DNA of 32,000 bases, from positions 60,001-92,000 of the forward strand of contig NZ_NVQC01000020.1 in the NCBI RefSeq assembly GCF_003044035.1. Reading direction: 5' to 3'. A program made the translations under genes and the position numbers. The notes under the pieces are model-generated. The model was not told the origin of the DNA and did no database searches. It saw only the letters and a list, made by a program, of their open reading frames with translations. The DNA is from Candidatus Methylomirabilis limnetica. Its GTDB lineage: Bacteria; Methylomirabilota; Methylomirabilia; Methylomirabilales; Methylomirabilaceae. Positions 31,023 to 32,000 of the stretch are shown here, in pieces (position 1 is the first letter of the stretch; every line of letters begins with the position of its first letter).

Positions 31023-32000
31023 CTATGCGGCGCTTGCCACAGGGCTTGTATGCGAGGATAGTCCGTTCTCCATGCTGGCGCGTTCTCTAATGAGCTCCTG
31101 AGGCAGGCCGAAATTCACCTCCTCCCTGATCGATTCGATCTCCTCGATATCGGTCACGCCCAACTTCCTGAAATAGCTGACGACTCCCTGGACCAAATGC
31201 TCGGGGGCTGAGGCGCCCGCTGTGACCCCAATGACCCGCGTGTCCTCAAGCCACGCAGGATTGATCTCGCTGACATCATCGATCAGGTAGGCCCGAACCC
31301 CTACCCCTTTGGCGACCTCGATCAATCGCTTGGAGTTAGAGCTGTTCTGTGAGCCGAGGGCCAGAATGAGGTCAACACGTGAGGCCAGTTCTTTCAGTGC
31401 GGTCTGCCGGTTCTGAGTCGCATAGCAGATATCTTCCTTAGATGGAAAGGCCAGATCCGGAAACTTCCGTCTGAGGGCCTCGATGATCCCAGTAGTGTCA
31501 TCCAGGCTGAGCGTGGTTTGCGTGATGACCGCCACTTTGGTGGGATCGGGAACGTTTAGCTCCTCCAACTGCTCCGCTGACCCAATCACGGTGATGGCGT
31601 CCGGTGCTTCTCCCGTCGTTCCGATCACCTCATCGTGTCCTTTATGGCCGACCAGGATGATAGAGTGGCCTTCCTTGGCGAACTTAATCGCCTCGTTGTG
31701 GACCTTGGTGACCAAGGGACAGGTGGCATCGACGACCTTTAACTGTTTGGCAGCGGCCTGGGTACGCACCTCCGGTGAGACCCCGTGGGCGCTATAAATA
31801 ACGAGCGCACCATCGGGAACCTCATCGAGTTCATCGACGAAGATTGCCCCCTTTTGCCGGAGTTCATCCACCACGTGCCGGTTATGAACGATCTCCTTCC
31901 GGACATACACCGGCTCGTCATACAAATCGAGAGCGATCTTGACCACATCGATAGCGCGGTCTACTCCGGCGCAGAACCCTCTCGGCGCGGCGAGAATCAG
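31023..32000 (-). CDS. ispH: 4-hydroxy-3-methylbut-2-enyl diphosphate reductase; 5' end outside the window
   Basis: The frame stays open to base 32000 (LILAAPRGFCAGVDRAIDVVKIAL...). Also IVHNRHVV, SAHGVSP, DATCPLVTKVH, ATQNRQ and SSNSKRL. Confidence 0.9.
   Translation of the reverse strand: MILAAPRGFCAGVDRAIDVVKIALDLYDEPVYVRKEIVHNRHVVDELRQKGAIFVDELDEVPDGALVIYSAHGVSPEVRTQAAAKQLKVVDATCPLVTKVHNEAIKFAKEGHSIILVGHKGHDEVIGTTGEAPDAITVIGSAEQLEELNVPDPTKVAVITQTTLSLDDTTGIIEALRRKFPDLAFPSKEDICYATQNRQTALKELASRVDLILALGSQNSSNSKRLIEVAKGVGVRAYLIDDVSEINPAWLEDTRVIGVTAGASAPEHLVQGVVSYFRKLGVTDIEEIESIREEVNFGLPQELIRERASMENGLSSHTSPVASAA

Noticed and set aside
1-32000. Search for tRNA genes (including tRNA-Sec), rRNA, transposase/integrase genes or recognisable defence genes
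   Set aside because: No intergenic segment has a T-arm (GGTTCGAnTCC-like) or cloverleaf potential, and no ORF shows transposase, integrase or nuclease/defence signatures. The unusual content of this window is metabolic (sulfur and selenium) plus small repeats.

Overview
High-GC (roughly 60%) chromosomal segment from a Gram-negative-type bacterium, judged by LPS heptosyltransferases, Skp/OmpH and IspH. I cannot assign a taxon from sequence alone. No rRNA, tRNA, CRISPR array, transposase or integrase was found.

Layout:
- 1-2359 (+): two GT9 heptosyltransferase genes, the first fused to a GmhB phosphatase domain.
- 2360-4016: AT-rich intergenic DNA with a MITE-like element and short dispersed repeats. 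It flanks a highly repetitive YVTN beta-propeller gene that ends in an IPTL-CTERM sorting signal.
- 4017-13495 (-): one tightly packed gene string. purN-purH-purD-purE is followed by an ArnT-like GT39, an ArnC-like GT2, a flippase-like membrane protein and a PAP2 phosphatase, then selD.
- 13891-28811: a ~15 kb sulfur-assimilation supercluster. In order: Rrf2 regulator, CysK, MoaD-like/E1 fusion, YeeE, two TusA, CysM, JAMM protease, TauE, sulfite reductase, a second YVTN propeller, APS reductase, ATP sulfurylase, rhodanese on the minus strand, two NIL-domain proteins, a ThrC-like enzyme, and a MoaD-like carrier ending in GG-Cys.
- 28821-32000 (-): ispH (5' end outside the window), a small membrane peptide, two lipoproteins, a secreted protein and Skp.

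Main points of interest:
- Two in-frame TGA codons sit exactly where conserved cysteines are expected, in SelD and in the YeeE/YedE transporter. Each is followed by a hairpin, so both are candidate selenocysteine recoding sites that the ORF track misses.
- An apparent two-branch protein-thiocarboxylate system for Cys and homocysteine. One ubiquitin-like carrier is fused in cis to the only E1, the other carries a one-residue Cys cap, and a single JAMM peptidase is present.
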